Assembly: GCF_006345805.1 (NCBI RefSeq)
Contig: NC_043008.1
Coordinates: forward strand, 77,686,001-77,750,000
Source: Octopus sinensis
Taxonomy: Eukaryota
Direction of reading: 5' to 3'
DNA length: 64,000 bases
Position 1 is the stretch's first letter. Each line of letters opens with the position of its first letter. Positions 38,379 through 51,526 of this stretch are shown here, piece by piece. Under the pieces are notes generated by a model. It ran no database searches. It was not told where the DNA came from and saw only the letters and a list, made by a program, of their open reading frames with translations. The translations under genes and the position numbers were made by a program.

Positions 38379-38400
38379 GTATGTGTATACACACACACAA

Positions 38401-38431
<31 letters not shown>

Positions 38432-38584
38432 CAAAATTAGAAAATGGAGAAACATACCTAAATCAATCATCAACCATCAGATAATACCCAATCAATACTT
38501 TATTAAACCATTACACCACAGCAATGATATTATACATTGATATATTACAAATATAACAAGACATAAAAATAGAAATAGAAAATA

Positions 38585-38720
38585 CATTTACAATGTAGCT
38601 GACAGCTGTTTCGGCCGTGAAGACAGGTATGTCCCATTTAAGCTATTAGCCATATAAAGCAGGTATAAATGAGACATTAACAAGAATGTCTCACGGCCTC
38701 TTCAGAGAATTTAATGTAAG
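38585..38720 (-). ncRNA. Type I hammerhead ribozyme with long branched helix II
   Basis: CTGAAGA (38705-38699), GGCCGTGA...TCACGGCC, GAAA, palindromic ACAGCTGT, GUC cut after 38601. Confidence 0.75.
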
Positions 38721-39798
38721 TATGAAAAAAATTTACATATAAATATAAATATGTGTGCATACACACTCATATTCCTAGATATATATATATATATATACAC
38801 AATAATACAATATAAACAATATAGAACAATATACATTAACAAACACAATAGTGTTCCATATTGAACTCCACAGTTCCATAACCAACATCAAGGAAATACA
38901 TGTACACTCACATTTAAAGCAGGCATATATATTGAACAGTCCAATCTATTAAAATGTGTCACCACACAAAAAGTCAATAAAATTAATATTAATATTAATA
39001 ATAATAATGACAACCATTATTTGTACCATCCAAAGCAAGCGGATATCCACATATATACTCAATCAGTCGAATTCCTCTGCCCGCATGGTATTCATTTTCA
39101 TAGATAGATTCGATTGGCGTATAGTTTAAATTTGAATCACAATGGAAATTTTACGGTTATTTAGCCAGGAAACATACACACGCGCACGCACATCCACAAA
39201 TCATGCGCACATACATACATAGTTATATGTATACACACACACACACCCACACACATACACACAGACATACCCACATACACAACCAAATCATAAATAAATA
39301 AATAAATAATATAAGAGGTAGTATCGCAACTATATACATGCAAAACAGAGGAACTCAACCGATCGCACATACATACATGCAGACATCCAGACACCCCAAC
39401 GACACCATGGCCGTGGTATTAACTAAGTATTTACAAATATATCCACTCATATATGTCCATAAAACAGTAAATGCAAACATACATACAATTATATATCCAG
39501 ATAGAGAGTGTAATTTGTCATAAGGTACATAATTCATATGACACCGTATTTTTTGTAAACATAATATTTTAGAACTAAAACTGTCCGCAAACTTTACCGC
39601 TATGTTTTATTCAGACATTCGCTAAATTATAAAGTATAGAATACCCGTTACTGTTTTTCTATCAAAAGACATAAATATATATATATACTAAGTTAACATC
39701 GGTTTATAATAATTAAATTATAAGAAATTAATTGTAAAAAGTTAAAATACGCTAATATTCTAAGATATATAATCAGAATAACCCCTTATAGCATATAC

Positions 39799-41121
39799 AT
39801 GCTAGTATCCTTCGACGTAATTAACCTTTATTCAAACATCCCTCACACCCTAGGAATAGAAGCGATCACTTTCTGGCTAAATAACTACTCCTTTGAACTC
39901 CCAACTCGCATAAATAAAGAACTTATAATAGAAGGACTTAGATTTATTTTAGAAAACAATTACCTTATTTTTGACAATAATTTCTACAGACAAAGATCGG
40001 GAACAGCGATGGGCACGCGTACTGCGCCTTCTTTTGCCAACCTAGTGATTGGATACCTCGAGAAAATACTCTACCAGATAACACTTGAGAAATATGGAAA
40101 CACCTTCTCCACCTATATCCAGAACAACTGGAAAAGATACCTCGACGACTGCTTTATCCTCTGGGATAAAAGTATAGAGAAACTTGAGGAATTTAAAATA
40201 CTATTAAATGGTATAAATGATAATATACAGTTCACGATGGATCATAACGAAGAAGAATTACCATTTTTAGACATCCTCATTAAGAAAGCCGGCAACAAAA
40301 TAGAGACAGATATCTATTATAAACCGACAGACTGCAAGCAGTACCTACCCTTTGATTCATGCCACCCAAGACACACTAGAATAAATGTCCCTTTCTGTTT
40401 AGCTAGAAGGATTTGCACCATAATATCAGACACAAACACCCGACACACACGTCTCCAGGAACTTAGAAATTATCCACAGCCCCTAATTGACAGTGCAATC
40501 CAACGGGCACTCAAATTAAGTATAGAAGACCTGAGACAAACAAAACCAAAAAAGAAAGAAAAATTAAAAACCCTTCCCTACATCTCTACACACAACCCAC
40601 TTAACAATGAGGCCCTCAGCACCATACTACGAAGCACAGCCCTACTAAAGGGAGACCCAAAGATGAACCGGATCCTCGAAACACACACCATCATTAAAAG
40701 TAAACGGCAACCAAAATCCTTGAAAAGGATTTTAACCCAAGCTAAACTGCACTCAACATCAACCACAAAACCAGCAGTTAGAAAATGTGGAAAGCCGAAC
40801 TGCGGAATCTGTGTCATCTTGGTAGAAGGTTCAGAATTTATACTAGAACAAGGCCATCAGTTCACCATTAGAACAAACTTTACCTGTGCATCAGAAAACT
40901 TAATTTACGTCTTAACATGCGCAGGTTGCAATAGGCAGTATATAGGCCATACAAAAAATAGCTTACGTAAAAAGATGGCGGTGCATAAATCCCAAATTAG
41001 AAACCCTGAATACCGGAAAATACCAGTCAGCGGACACATAGATAGATGTGCTTCAAATGAAAATCCGAAATTTACAACTTACCTACTTTACAAATTCAGT
41101 GACAGCATAACCTTCACCTAA
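39799..41121 (+). CDS. PLE reverse transcriptase/GIY-YIG ORF (partial, 440 aa)
   Basis: ORF track translation with RT and GIY-YIG motifs; N-terminus missing. Confidence 0.85.
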   Translation: MLVSFDVINLYSNIPHTLGIEAITFWLNNYSFELPTRINKELIIEGLRFILENNYLIFDNNFYRQRSGTAMGTRTAPSFANLVIGYLEKILYQITLEKYGNTFSTYIQNNWKRYLDDCFILWDKSIEKLEEFKILLNGINDNIQFTMDHNEEELPFLDILIKKAGNKIETDIYYKPTDCKQYLPFDSCHPRHTRINVPFCLARRICTIISDTNTRHTRLQELRNYPQPLIDSAIQRALKLSIEDLRQTKPKKKEKLKTLPYISTHNPLNNEALSTILRSTALLKGDPKMNRILETHTIIKSKRQPKSLKRILTQAKLHSTSTTKPAVRKCGKPNCGICVILVEGSEFILEQGHQFTIRTNFTCASENLIYVLTCAGCNRQYIGHTKNSLRKKMAVHKSQIRNPEYRKIPVSGHIDRCASNENPKFTTYLLYKFSDSITFT

Positions 41122-41720
41122 CGCCAAAATAAAGAACTTTATTTCATCAAAACATTTAGACCAAGTTTGAACACCATGTGCCAGGAATATCAAAACAAAA
41201 CATTGGTCTTCCGAAAAGGAAAAATGAAATTCTACCACAACCACCACGACCACTACGACTGCTTCCACTATCACTACTACTACAACCACCGTGGTCACTA
41301 CTATTGCTGCTACGATCAACAGTCCTCTACTGCTGCTGCAGCTACGGCCACAGCTTAACTGCTACAACCCCAGCTACCACCAAGGTTGCCAAAATTACGA
41401 CCAACAGTAACTGCTGCTACTGCCATTTAAACCACTAGACCTACTTCTGCTGCTAGGACAGCCACAACCAATAAGCTGCTGTGACCCCAACCACCACCAC
41501 GGTTACTACTACTACGACCAACAATCACTACTGCTGCTACTATTCCATTGGAACACAGGGAAAAAAAACGGTTCCTTTTGATACCAGCAAGAAACAATAA
41601 TGAACTTCTTCACTACACTCAACTGTAATATAGCGATTATACCAACTACCGACAAAACACCACCACATGGATTCTATTGAAACCAGTAAGAAACGATTAT
41701 AAACTTTTCTATGGCACTTT

Positions 41721-41778
41721 TTATAATATTTTTGATAAGGTTCGTTTTTTCAAGAACCGAAACATGTAAAATTCATAA
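41721..41778 (+). ncRNA. Type I hammerhead ribozyme with U3-A8 core covariation
   Basis: ATTT-TTGATAA-GGTTC(10 nt)GAACC-GAAA-CATG-TA-AAAT; palindromic ACATGT; cut after A41768. Confidence 0.7.
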
Positions 41779-44333
41779 GAAAATTAAAATTTATCTAATA
41801 TAGTGGCGTTTTCAAACTTCTTTTTTACAAATATATATATATATATATATTTATGGAGTTCGTAGACAGGAACTGAAACAAATCAATCGTATATATATAT
41901 GTATGTATATATGTAAGTGTATGTGTGTGTCTTTGTCTCTGTGTTTCGCACATTCATATATTTTTGCTGTTGATGAAATTTTAAACATTGATATTAGACA
42001 CAAATGAAGTAATATTTATAAAATTTATAAAATTTCATCTTCTTACAAGTCAGAAAGACCCCTCCATGGAGACTTAACACCCACAATTTTGTCATTTTAT
42101 CTAAGCAAAAACGAATACAGTTGTGCTTTTTGAAGCTGTAAGGTTACCCGAGTATAAAAGATGAGCATTATTTGTAATTCAATGGTACAACAGTGTAACA
42201 GTTTGCTTTGACATACAATTACATTGTGATTTCTGCAATGTGGTGCATAAATTGTCAATTAAATGAGAGGCATCTTTGCCTCCACTGATTCAGTTGCAAA
42301 GTGTTGAGTAAAGTTATTTGATTGCAGACCTCCTTTCAGTCTTTTTATTATCACTGGGTCACACATAGTCCCCAGATGAGGCCTTCCCAGATGAGTGACT
42401 GGTTATTCAAAGACATTTATAGATTGTAAATTTATTCTGTCTAGCTACGTATCAGTATAGTGGTCATTTGCTAACTCCAGAGGTGACACTTTCATTTCTC
42501 CTTAGCCCTCACGTCACACAGTTGTTAATGTTGATTTCAGTTGGGTCACGTCCTTCCAATTGCTATAGATTCGTAATGCATCTTACAGCTGTGCCTGTTA
42601 CCTGGATGGTGAGGAATCCTACATTAGGAGTGGTAACGACTGAGGTGGGGTAGTTGACTGCTTATTGTGATCATTCGTCTTCTGGTTTCCTGTAGCTTTA
42701 CTCTCTTTTACAAACCCAGTGAACATATATTTCCTATTTCAAAGAAATTCAAACAATAAATATAAGACCCAAGTTAAAAAGATTCTCAACAATTCAACTT
42801 CTCTGGTTGACATTAAGATGCCCACCCCCAACAGGGGCCTTAACTCTCTCAGGAGCAAAATCTTTTTAACAGGTTCAATAAGACTGGAATTTTGGTATAT
42901 GCGCATAAAAATCAGTAGTATGGGATACATGTGGCACGATTACAATTTTTATGGGGTGTGTGAAGAGGGAACTAACCCTTATCTGCAATTTTGATGAAAT
43001 TCGAAACATAGATATTCCAGTTCATTACAGAAAATATAACAGAAAAGTCCAATTCTTCAATTGCAGCGACTTTGAAGTTTCGGCCAGTGTTAAAGCCAAA
43101 TAATAAATTTGTACTCTAGAAAAGTATAAAGTCACCAATCAGGTTAATTTAAAGTTGTTTTTGCTATAGTTGAACATAAAAACAAACACCAGTGCATGTG
43201 TGTGTGTGTGTGTGCATGTGTGTGTGTGTGTTTATACATACATATAAACATACATTTATAAATACATACACAATATCACCATGGAATGTAATTAGGTATT
43301 GTGATAACTAACATATGTCGGACATCTCTGTTAGACAGGAGTAGACATGACGTAATGTCTGTTGAATTGAGTGTCTGCTTGCTGTTGAATGAGACTAGTT
43401 TATCATATCTCATAGGGGAAAAATTTTAACCGTTCATTCTTTTCCCGTTTGTGACATATCTTGGAGGTGCTTGCATGAATTTTATAGGCAAAAGGTTATC
43501 GTAGAATGACGGGTTGTATTACTTCTTTGAAGAGTATGTGTTCACAGGTAACAGCTAATGAGTCAACAATGTAACAATGGGGAAGTATATAAAGCATAAC
43601 TGAACTTTGTAACAATGTACACCATCAAGAAAGTTCTAGTCTATAGGATGATATATGAGATAGAAGTATATCCGACATGAGCTAATCGGATAAAGATCAG
43701 CCGACAGCTTTGCTGTTGTCAACTTTACATTTACCGTGTTCAGGCGACAATCGTAAATGACTTCAAAAGAGGAAATTTCGGAATGTCTTAGGTTTACGGA
43801 GACGAAGTGTCTTTACTATATAAAATTGTAAATGCTCACTAAAACTTTACTTCATTATAACCATTTCGATGGCAACAATTCTGTCCCCAAAAATTCAGTT
43901 GTAACAGTTCTATGTACTACAATTGTCCTAAGCGTTATGTCTCAAAATCAATGTTCTTTTGCATTGATTTAATGAGAGCCATTAGAATAAAGGTTTGGAA
44001 AATTGAAGTACTCCTCGCTTCTTTTCATTGTTCTTATTCTATGCAAAATTTTATCGTCAGACATTGAAAAAGTTCCGATATACTGGATACCAACGGTTCA
44101 TTATTCACATCAAAAGATAATTCTGGTTACCAGTTTTTTGATTTCACTTTCCACACGTGTGGCCTTTATATAAAAGGAGATTGGTAAAAGGATATTAATA
44201 GAATTGCTAACAACGACGTGTCTAGCTGTTGATCCTTTGTTACAAAGATCTATGACTCTCAAAATTACACCCGAATCTCATTCTGGCTGTACTTACGAGA
44301 ATTGTGTATCTTTCCTCCAACTTAATATTTATA

Positions 44334-45620
44334 CGAGGGACGTTCAATAAGTAATGCCTCTGACCCACTTGCAATTATTTGATCTAGCTGAAAGTTTGCA
44401 TGTGCAATCACTTATATCTCTATAGATTAAGTGGCAAATTACAGCTCTGAATTAATTGTGGTTTCTGATTTACAGGTGTTTGAACCGAGTCAAGTGTGAA
44501 ATGGAGCCTTTTGAGTGTCGAGCAGTGATCCGGTTTTTGTATTTGAAAGGACGCACACCACGGGAGACTTTTGATGAAATGAAAGTAACTTATGGTGATG
44601 ATGCCCCATTATATGACCTTGTAAAACGCTGGCATCATGAATTCAAACATGGTCGGAACTCTGTGGAAATAGCTCCCAGATCTGGTCGCCCCCTTTCTGC
44701 CATTGATGAGGCATCTGTCCGTCATGTTGAGGCTGCCATTTTGGAAGATCGACGCATAATTATTCGCCAAATAGCCCATGAGGTCAAGATTAGTACCGGG
44801 TCTGTGGAAACTATCTTTCATGACCATTTGCATATGCAAAAGGTGTCTGCCAGATGGATTCCCAGGTTGCTCACGCCTTTTGAGAAGCAAGAATGCGTCG
44901 AGTGCTCGAGGGTGAATTTGGAGATGTGCCAAGAAGATGAGTCAAACTTTTTCAAAAGACTGATTACACAGGATGAAACCTGGGTCCATCACGATGATCC
45001 AGAGACCAAAGCCCAGTCAATGCAGTGGAAGCACCGTGACTCACCCCCTCCAAAGAAGGCAAGGGTGCAGCCCTCCGCTGGCAAGGTCATGCTCACAGTC
45101 TTCTGGGACCAGGACGGAGTAGTGATGACAGATTTCCTGGCAAAAGGTACCACAATTGCAGGAGCCTATTATGCTTCACTTTTGAGGAAATTAAGAGAAG
45201 TTATCAAAATCAAGAGGCGGGGCAAGATCAGCAAAGGCATCCTCCTCCTGCAGGACAACGCTCCGGTCCACAACTCGCTTGTCGCCAGATCAGAAGCACA
45301 GGCGTATGGCTATGAACTCCTCCTCCCCTACTTTCCTGACCTTGCACCCTCTGATTTTCACCTCTTCCCAATCATGAAGTTGTTTTTGAAAGGAAAGCGT
45401 TTCCCAGATGATGCTGCCTTGATTTCTGAAGTCACGTTGAGGTTGGAGGACCAAGCTGGGTTCTTCTACAAAAACGGTCTCCAGAGCCGCATCAAACGAT
45501 GGGAGAAATGCGTAACTCTGGGTGGTTGCTATGTAGAAAAAGACTAATAACTGTGCCAAGTTTCGTTGCTCTACTGCTATGGGAAGTGGGTCAGGGGCAT
45601 TTCTTATTGAACGCCCCTCG
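44334..45620 (+). mobile_element. Full-length mariner transposon (1287 bp)
   Basis: ~37 bp TIRs (CGAGGGACGTTCAATAAG.. / ..CTTATTGAACGCCCCTCG), TA duplications on both sides. Confidence 0.97.
44501..45547 (+). CDS. Mariner transposase, 348 aa, open ORF (irritans-like WIPRLL)
   Basis: HTH, WIPRLL, QDETW, QDNAPVH, YFPDLAPSDF; 32 residues between D2 and D3. Confidence 0.92.
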   Translation: MEPFECRAVIRFLYLKGRTPRETFDEMKVTYGDDAPLYDLVKRWHHEFKHGRNSVEIAPRSGRPLSAIDEASVRHVEAAILEDRRIIIRQIAHEVKISTGSVETIFHDHLHMQKVSARWIPRLLTPFEKQECVECSRVNLEMCQEDESNFFKRLITQDETWVHHDDPETKAQSMQWKHRDSPPPKKARVQPSAGKVMLTVFWDQDGVVMTDFLAKGTTIAGAYYASLLRKLREVIKIKRRGKISKGILLLQDNAPVHNSLVARSEAQAYGYELLLPYFPDLAPSDFHLFPIMKLFLKGKRFPDDAALISEVTLRLEDQAGFFYKNGLQSRIKRWEKCVTLGGCYVEKD

Positions 45621-46466
45621 TAGCTGGCAAGATACCAGCCCGGACACAACTGACTTACAACTTCTAATCAACTAAAAAACTAATAATTTATGAATCAAAA
45701 TAATAAAAGCAAAGACGTTTTGAATTTAGACTGTGATTCTTGGAATTTCTTGATTTATTCTTGGTAAGCTACAATATTTTATTTATTAACCTAATTTAAA
45801 TGTCAACAATTAAGATAAGTTGGAAACAATGTTAGTAACATCTTGTTCAAGAGAAATTTATCTTGTTATTTCATAGACTCTTTGCAAATAAGAAGACTTT
45901 ATTTTCACTTCATTTTTATTTATTATTTTAGTGAGAATATTTTTTAACTAAAAAATAAAGATATATATTTCGCTTTTGATTAGGTATGAAAGCAATTTGG
46001 AAAAGACGTCCTGCTGATTGAACCAATTCTTGAATATTATTTGAAATTTCAAATCGACCAAGACAGGATTTGAACTCTGAAGTAAACTAGATATGGTACT
46101 CGGGTGGCTTACCGTTTCCGCCACATCGAAACTCCCAAGCTACAGAAAAATTCTTTGTGTGAATAGTAAAATTTATGGATGGCATGTTTTTCCTGAAATT
46201 TCAACCGCCTTAATAGTACACGAAGTAAATTTTTGTTCAAAGAAAAAGTCGTGTCTTATCATAAAGTGGGAAGTTGAAATAAACAAAGTAGAATGAAGAA
46301 ACATTAAAAGACTTACAGGGTTAGAAGGTATAAATGATAAAATCGCTTCTAGAATGTATAACTGATAAGAAGCAGGGAAGGTATCGCATTGAAAGAGTTG
46401 GAAATAGTTCTAGAGAAGTTGTATGTATGTTTGTGCATGAATGTACATTATACATGTATATATATG

Positions 46467-46514
<48 letters not shown>

Positions 46515-46749
46515 CATATGAGCATAAATTTATATGTGTATATATAAATAAGTACAAATGTGTGAATATATGTATGTGTGTGTGTCTATCTTTTCACGTG
46601 TCAATCATTACAAAAGTTTCAGTTAAACGAATTAACACCAGTATTTAATTATCTTTAAGCATGGTATTTCGTCTATTGGTAAGTTGCAAGGGCGTAAACA
46701 AACCGACACCAGGACATCCATAAAAATACACACATATAGTTACGTGCAA

Positions 46750-46786
<37 letters not shown>

Positions 46787-46861
46787 ACCACATGCACACA
46801 TATGCGCACGCGCAAACGAACACACACCCACACACGCACACCAAACTCGTATACAAACATA

Positions 46862-47516
46862 CAGGGTGCGATGGGTAAATTGTGTTTTTTTTATACTTTT
46901 AATTTCGCGCATGCACGTTTTTTTTTTTTGTCTGCACAGTATAGGAAGGTCATTTGGGTACCGTCTGTGAGAAAAATAGGATCATGATGCAATTGATTCT
47001 GCCATAATTTTGGAAACGACATGCTGTATTGTTTGACATTCGCGCCGGAAGCTCCAATACGAACATTTCAGAGTGCTTGAGTGTCAATCTGAGGACTGTG
47101 TAATATGAGGACATGCACCGAGAGCGATAAAAATCAGACACATCACCCCCCGGCCGGCGACCCCATCACCCCTGACATCTAGCTAATTAACTCCCCAGAC
47201 TGCAACTCTTGATTATTATGTGTGGGGTGCAGTTGAGTGAGAGACCAACAAAACTCCTAATACCAAAGATGAACTAAAGGCAAGGATTATGGCAACATTC
47301 ACCAACTTAAACAAGGAAACCACCCAGCAGAGTTGCAGGAGATTCCGAACTTGTCTGAAGGCCATAGTTGAAGCCAATGGTGATTTTATTGAGTAACAGT
47401 ACTCTTTCGTATTTCAATATATTTATATGTAATTTTGGTAAATATTTCTGTTAAAATGAGATGTCAGTGTTATTTCCATTTTTCCGTAATTAAGACAACA
47501 TTTTATTTACCGCATC

Positions 47517-47519
<3 letters not shown>
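46862..47519 (+). mobile_element. Internally deleted Tc1-like element
   Basis: TA-flanked ends CAGGGTGCG.. / ..CGCATCCTG; C-terminal remnant SPDCN..DYYVWG..KDELKARI..IVEANGDFIE*. Confidence 0.8.
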
Positions 47520-47591
<72 letters not shown>

Positions 47592-47993
47592 TACATACAC
47601 ACACGACGGGCCTCTTTCGGTTCCCACCGGTCCAAGTTTATAGTAGAGAAAACTTGCCCAAGATGACACTGAACCTGAACTATGTGATAAGGAAGATCAC
47701 AAAACCACACCGGTGCCTATATATATATATATTCTCATGCTTTCAATTCTATTTTTCTAATTGTATCACCAGACCTCTATGAATGTATATGTGTTTATGT
47801 GTGTGTGTATGTGTGTGTGTATTAATGGTAATGGTAAAACAAAAGAATCAAAGAGACCTCGATATTATGTAAATAGAGAAATTTATCTGTAATATAATAC
47901 GTGACAGTTATTCGGTTGTCATAATAAAACTCCGAGTTTCGGATGTCGGGGCGGAAACCCGCACCAATGATGAGCTAGCTTCCAGCTAGAATC

Positions 47994-48173
47994 GAGACGG
48001 AGGAAAAGCGGCTACGAAAGTCATCTTTATACAATAATAATTATATTACAATGTATCATTATATATATATATATATATATGTATATGTATGTATATATAT
48101 ATGATCATATGTATGTGTATATATGTATATATATATACATGTATGTATGTATGTATATGTATCTATATGTATG

Positions 48174-48219
<46 letters not shown>

Positions 48220-48452
48220 ATATATATATTATATATTATATATATATATATATTGTTATATTTCGGAATGGTCATATTGCCAGTTTATCCAATAAAAACA
48301 CACGCACTATATATTTGGTGTTATTTTGCTTCAGTGATATTTATTTTTTACATTAATCTTAATCTTATTTCGGTCAAAGTTCTTTCGTCACACATTGTAA
48401 TATAATTATTATTGTATAAAGATGACTTTCGTAGCCGCTTTTCCTCCGTCTC
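47994..48452. repeat. 60 bp perfect inverted repeat (47994-48053 / 48393-48452) around a (TA)-rich centre
   Basis: Direct reverse-complement match. Confidence 0.85.
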
Positions 48453-48489
48453 CAGGTTTGCTTACAATATTATATATATACATATATAT

Positions 48490-48808
48490 ATAAATAACTG
48501 GCACTCCGTCGGTTACGATGACGAGGGTTCCAGTTGATCTGTCAACGGAACAGCCTGCTCGTGAAATTAATGTGCAAGTGGCTGTGCATTCCACAGACAC
48601 ATGTACCCCTAACGTAGTTACCAGGGAGATTCAGTGTGACACAGAACGTGACAAGGCTAGCACTTTTGAATCATTTTTGCCAGCTGAGCGGACTGGAGCA
48701 ACATGACATAAAGTGTCTTGCTCAAGGACACAACACGTCGCCGGGAATTGAACTCATGACCTTATGATCGTGAGCCGAATACCCTAACCACTAAGCCACG
48801 CGTCTTCA
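48490..48808 (-). mobile_element. tRNA-derived SINE (family C, CORE-like)
   Basis: Minus: TGGCTTAGTGGTTAGG (A box), GAGTTCAATTCCC (B box), GTGTCCTTGAGCAAGACAC. Confidence 0.85.
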
Positions 48809-48823
48809 CTATATGTGTGTGTG

Positions 48824-49559
48824 TGTTAAAAAAATGAGACAACAAAACCAAAGCTGTGTGGAATTTATAGGACATTTATGAAGAGAGAGGTAGTCTTAGA
48901 GCTGTTTCTGGGATATTAGGGATATCCCTTCATCAGAGACGATATGAGAGAGTTAACTTGAGGGAAATTTTAGAGTTCAATATAAGGAGTTATTTTGTAA
49001 AAGGATGGATACAGGAAGTATAAAGGAAAATAAGTGAATGAAAATAAAAGTAAAAATATATGTAGGGTGTTACAGTTGCAGTTCCATTATCGAAGGAAAT
49101 TGCTGTGTAGAATGGGTAGAAATGCTTCTTGTTTATGGCATGCCTATCAAACATATCACCCCACCTCCCACTTCTCACATTCCTTACATTCATTTTTACA
49201 CATTCTTATCATAGGAGGGATAGGAGTTCATATCAGAATGTACATACCATAGACAAGAAGCATTTCTACCTATTCTGCACCACATTCCTTGGAAAATGGA
49301 ACTACAACTGTAACATCCTACATATATTTTTACTTTTATTTTTATTCTCTTATTTCCCTTTATACTTCCCATATCTATCCTTTTCCAAAATAACTCCTTA
49401 TATTGAACTCTACAATGTCCCTCTACTTAACTCTTTCATATCGTCTCTGATGAAGCGATATCCGTAACATCCCAGAAACAGCTGTAAGATTACCTTTCTC
49501 TTTATAAATGTCCTATAATTCCACACAGCCTTGGTTTTGTTGTCTCATTTTATTTAACA
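48824..49559. repeat. ~740 bp palindromic element with an HHR motif in each arm (family H3)
   Basis: Arms ~48824-49143 and ~49241-49559; HHRs at 48893-48940 (-) and 49443-49490 (+). Confidence 0.8.
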
Positions 49560-51444
49560 TATACATGCTCACACAAAACCCGCATTAGACTCCTCACTTA
49601 TATTATTATCGAACTACGATCCTGCCGTAGCACCTACATAGCCTTACCTATGCACACACACACACAAACACTAACGGGTACCTGCCGTGACCCGTTAGGT
49701 CACAACCAATCCAAGTAGAAAATGTCGATGCGCGGCGGGAAAGGCAAAATACTATTTCGAACTTCATGTGTGTGTGTGATATTAGATTTTATAAAACGTA
49801 ATACTAGATGTAAACATTTGTCGATCACAATCTCGTTGTTTCACCGAATCTCTGTCGAATTCTTGCATGTTGATTATGTATGTTATATGTAAGTATGTCT
49901 ATGTACATACGCATACGTCTGGACGTCTACTCATGTGTATATGCACTTATTACAGCCTAGACTCTTGGAATTCTTGGCATATTTTCACATTTCCAGAAAT
50001 GGCTTTTAACTAACTATAGCGTATGAATATGTATATATTTTGATACGTATGTAGAACATGCACATACGAGAACATATAACAAGTAGACACACAAATATAA
50101 TTAACACGGCAAAGACACTTACAGGCGTGCGCACACGCACACATTATGTAACACCGCAGTACCAAATACAGCGGTACGCACAAACTATTCTATTTCATTC
50201 CAGATTAGATCCCACAATTTATCCCTGATGACTTCAATTCGGATTAAGGTTTTTGTTCCGATGAATGTGTTAGCTGGTTTGCTACAGTACATCCTATTTT
50301 AAATTCTCACACCAGAAATACATCACCAGGTGGATATTTTGAACACATTTAAGAGTTTCAAAACAAACTAGTCGTGGAAAGGTATGTTCTATTCCATTAT
50401 TTCAGTATTGTAATGCAGACTCAGCGCGTGCGCAAACTGCCCCACGCATTAATATAGTCATTTCAAAAAAATCAAAGCGGGTGTGTTTCTCTGTATGTGT
50501 GTGCGCGCGCGCGCGCGCGTGTGTGTGTGTATGTGTGTGTGTGTGTGTGTGTGGTGTGTGTGTGTGTGTGTGTGTTGCACCTTGGTTCTTTGTTTTATGC
50601 ACTGAAATTAATTCTCTAAAATTTCAATGAATACATGAAAAACATAATTTGTTTGATATCTTCATTTATATTTGAGAGATATTTCAAAGTTATTTGGTTC
50701 GTGCCGTGAATGTAATTGACGCACACTAATATAATATAACATTTGCATATAGATTTACAATGAAAATATGAACAAAGAGAGTAAACCTACCTCACTGAAT
50801 TGATTCATAACGAGACGGACACTGTATATAGTGACAATACAAGTATTACTAACACTTACGACATTACTTTGTAGTTATCACAATTCAACTGATCTGTATT
50901 ATAGTTACTATTACAATACTGCTCTGTATCATGATTTTCACAATATATTGCCGTCGATACTATACAACTGAAATATATTGTACTGGAAGCTTTTTGAAGA
51001 GAATAGATGCAATATCTCAGTTATATAGTTCTGCTATGAATTTCAGAAAGAACGATTAAATTTGGATAAATAAGTAGCAAAATTTACAAGGAAGTAATGA
51101 ACATCGGTCTTATGTTAATACATTAACATGGATCGTATGTATTAACCTTATTACATAACTGGTACTAAATATTCACTCATGAAGAATGAGAGGCAATATT
51201 CAACTTGGGGGTATTTTTTGACTCAGATTTTAATTGAACAATCACGCAGCAGTTTTGACCAACGCTCTGACAACTCTGCCAGTCCACCACCGTCTAGAAG
51301 TTAATAATACAATAGCTAATATTCTTTGAGCAAAGAATATATGTAATTTCTTCTTCTTAGAACATGCATACATACATACGTGACAGACAGACAAACAAAC
51401 AGACGGACAGGCGGACGGAAGGACGGTCAGACAGACTGACAGTC

Positions 51445-51526
<82 letters not shown>

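Larger units (their letters stand above)
39795..41780 (+). mobile_element. 5'-truncated Penelope-like element with 3' HHR
   Basis: ORF 39799-41121: FDVINLYSNIP, GTAMGTRTAPSFAN, RYLDDCF, FLDILI, YYKPTD, C..C GIY-YIG (LIYVLTCAGCNRQYIG); frameshift then FIKTFRPSLN. Confidence 0.95.

Noticed and set aside
42400-43000. Possible decayed LINE ORF1 on minus
   Set aside because: Only a LEGRDP-like echo; insufficient
44609-45649. Minus-strand ORFs of 107 and 119 aa
   Set aside because: Antisense shadows of the mariner transposase
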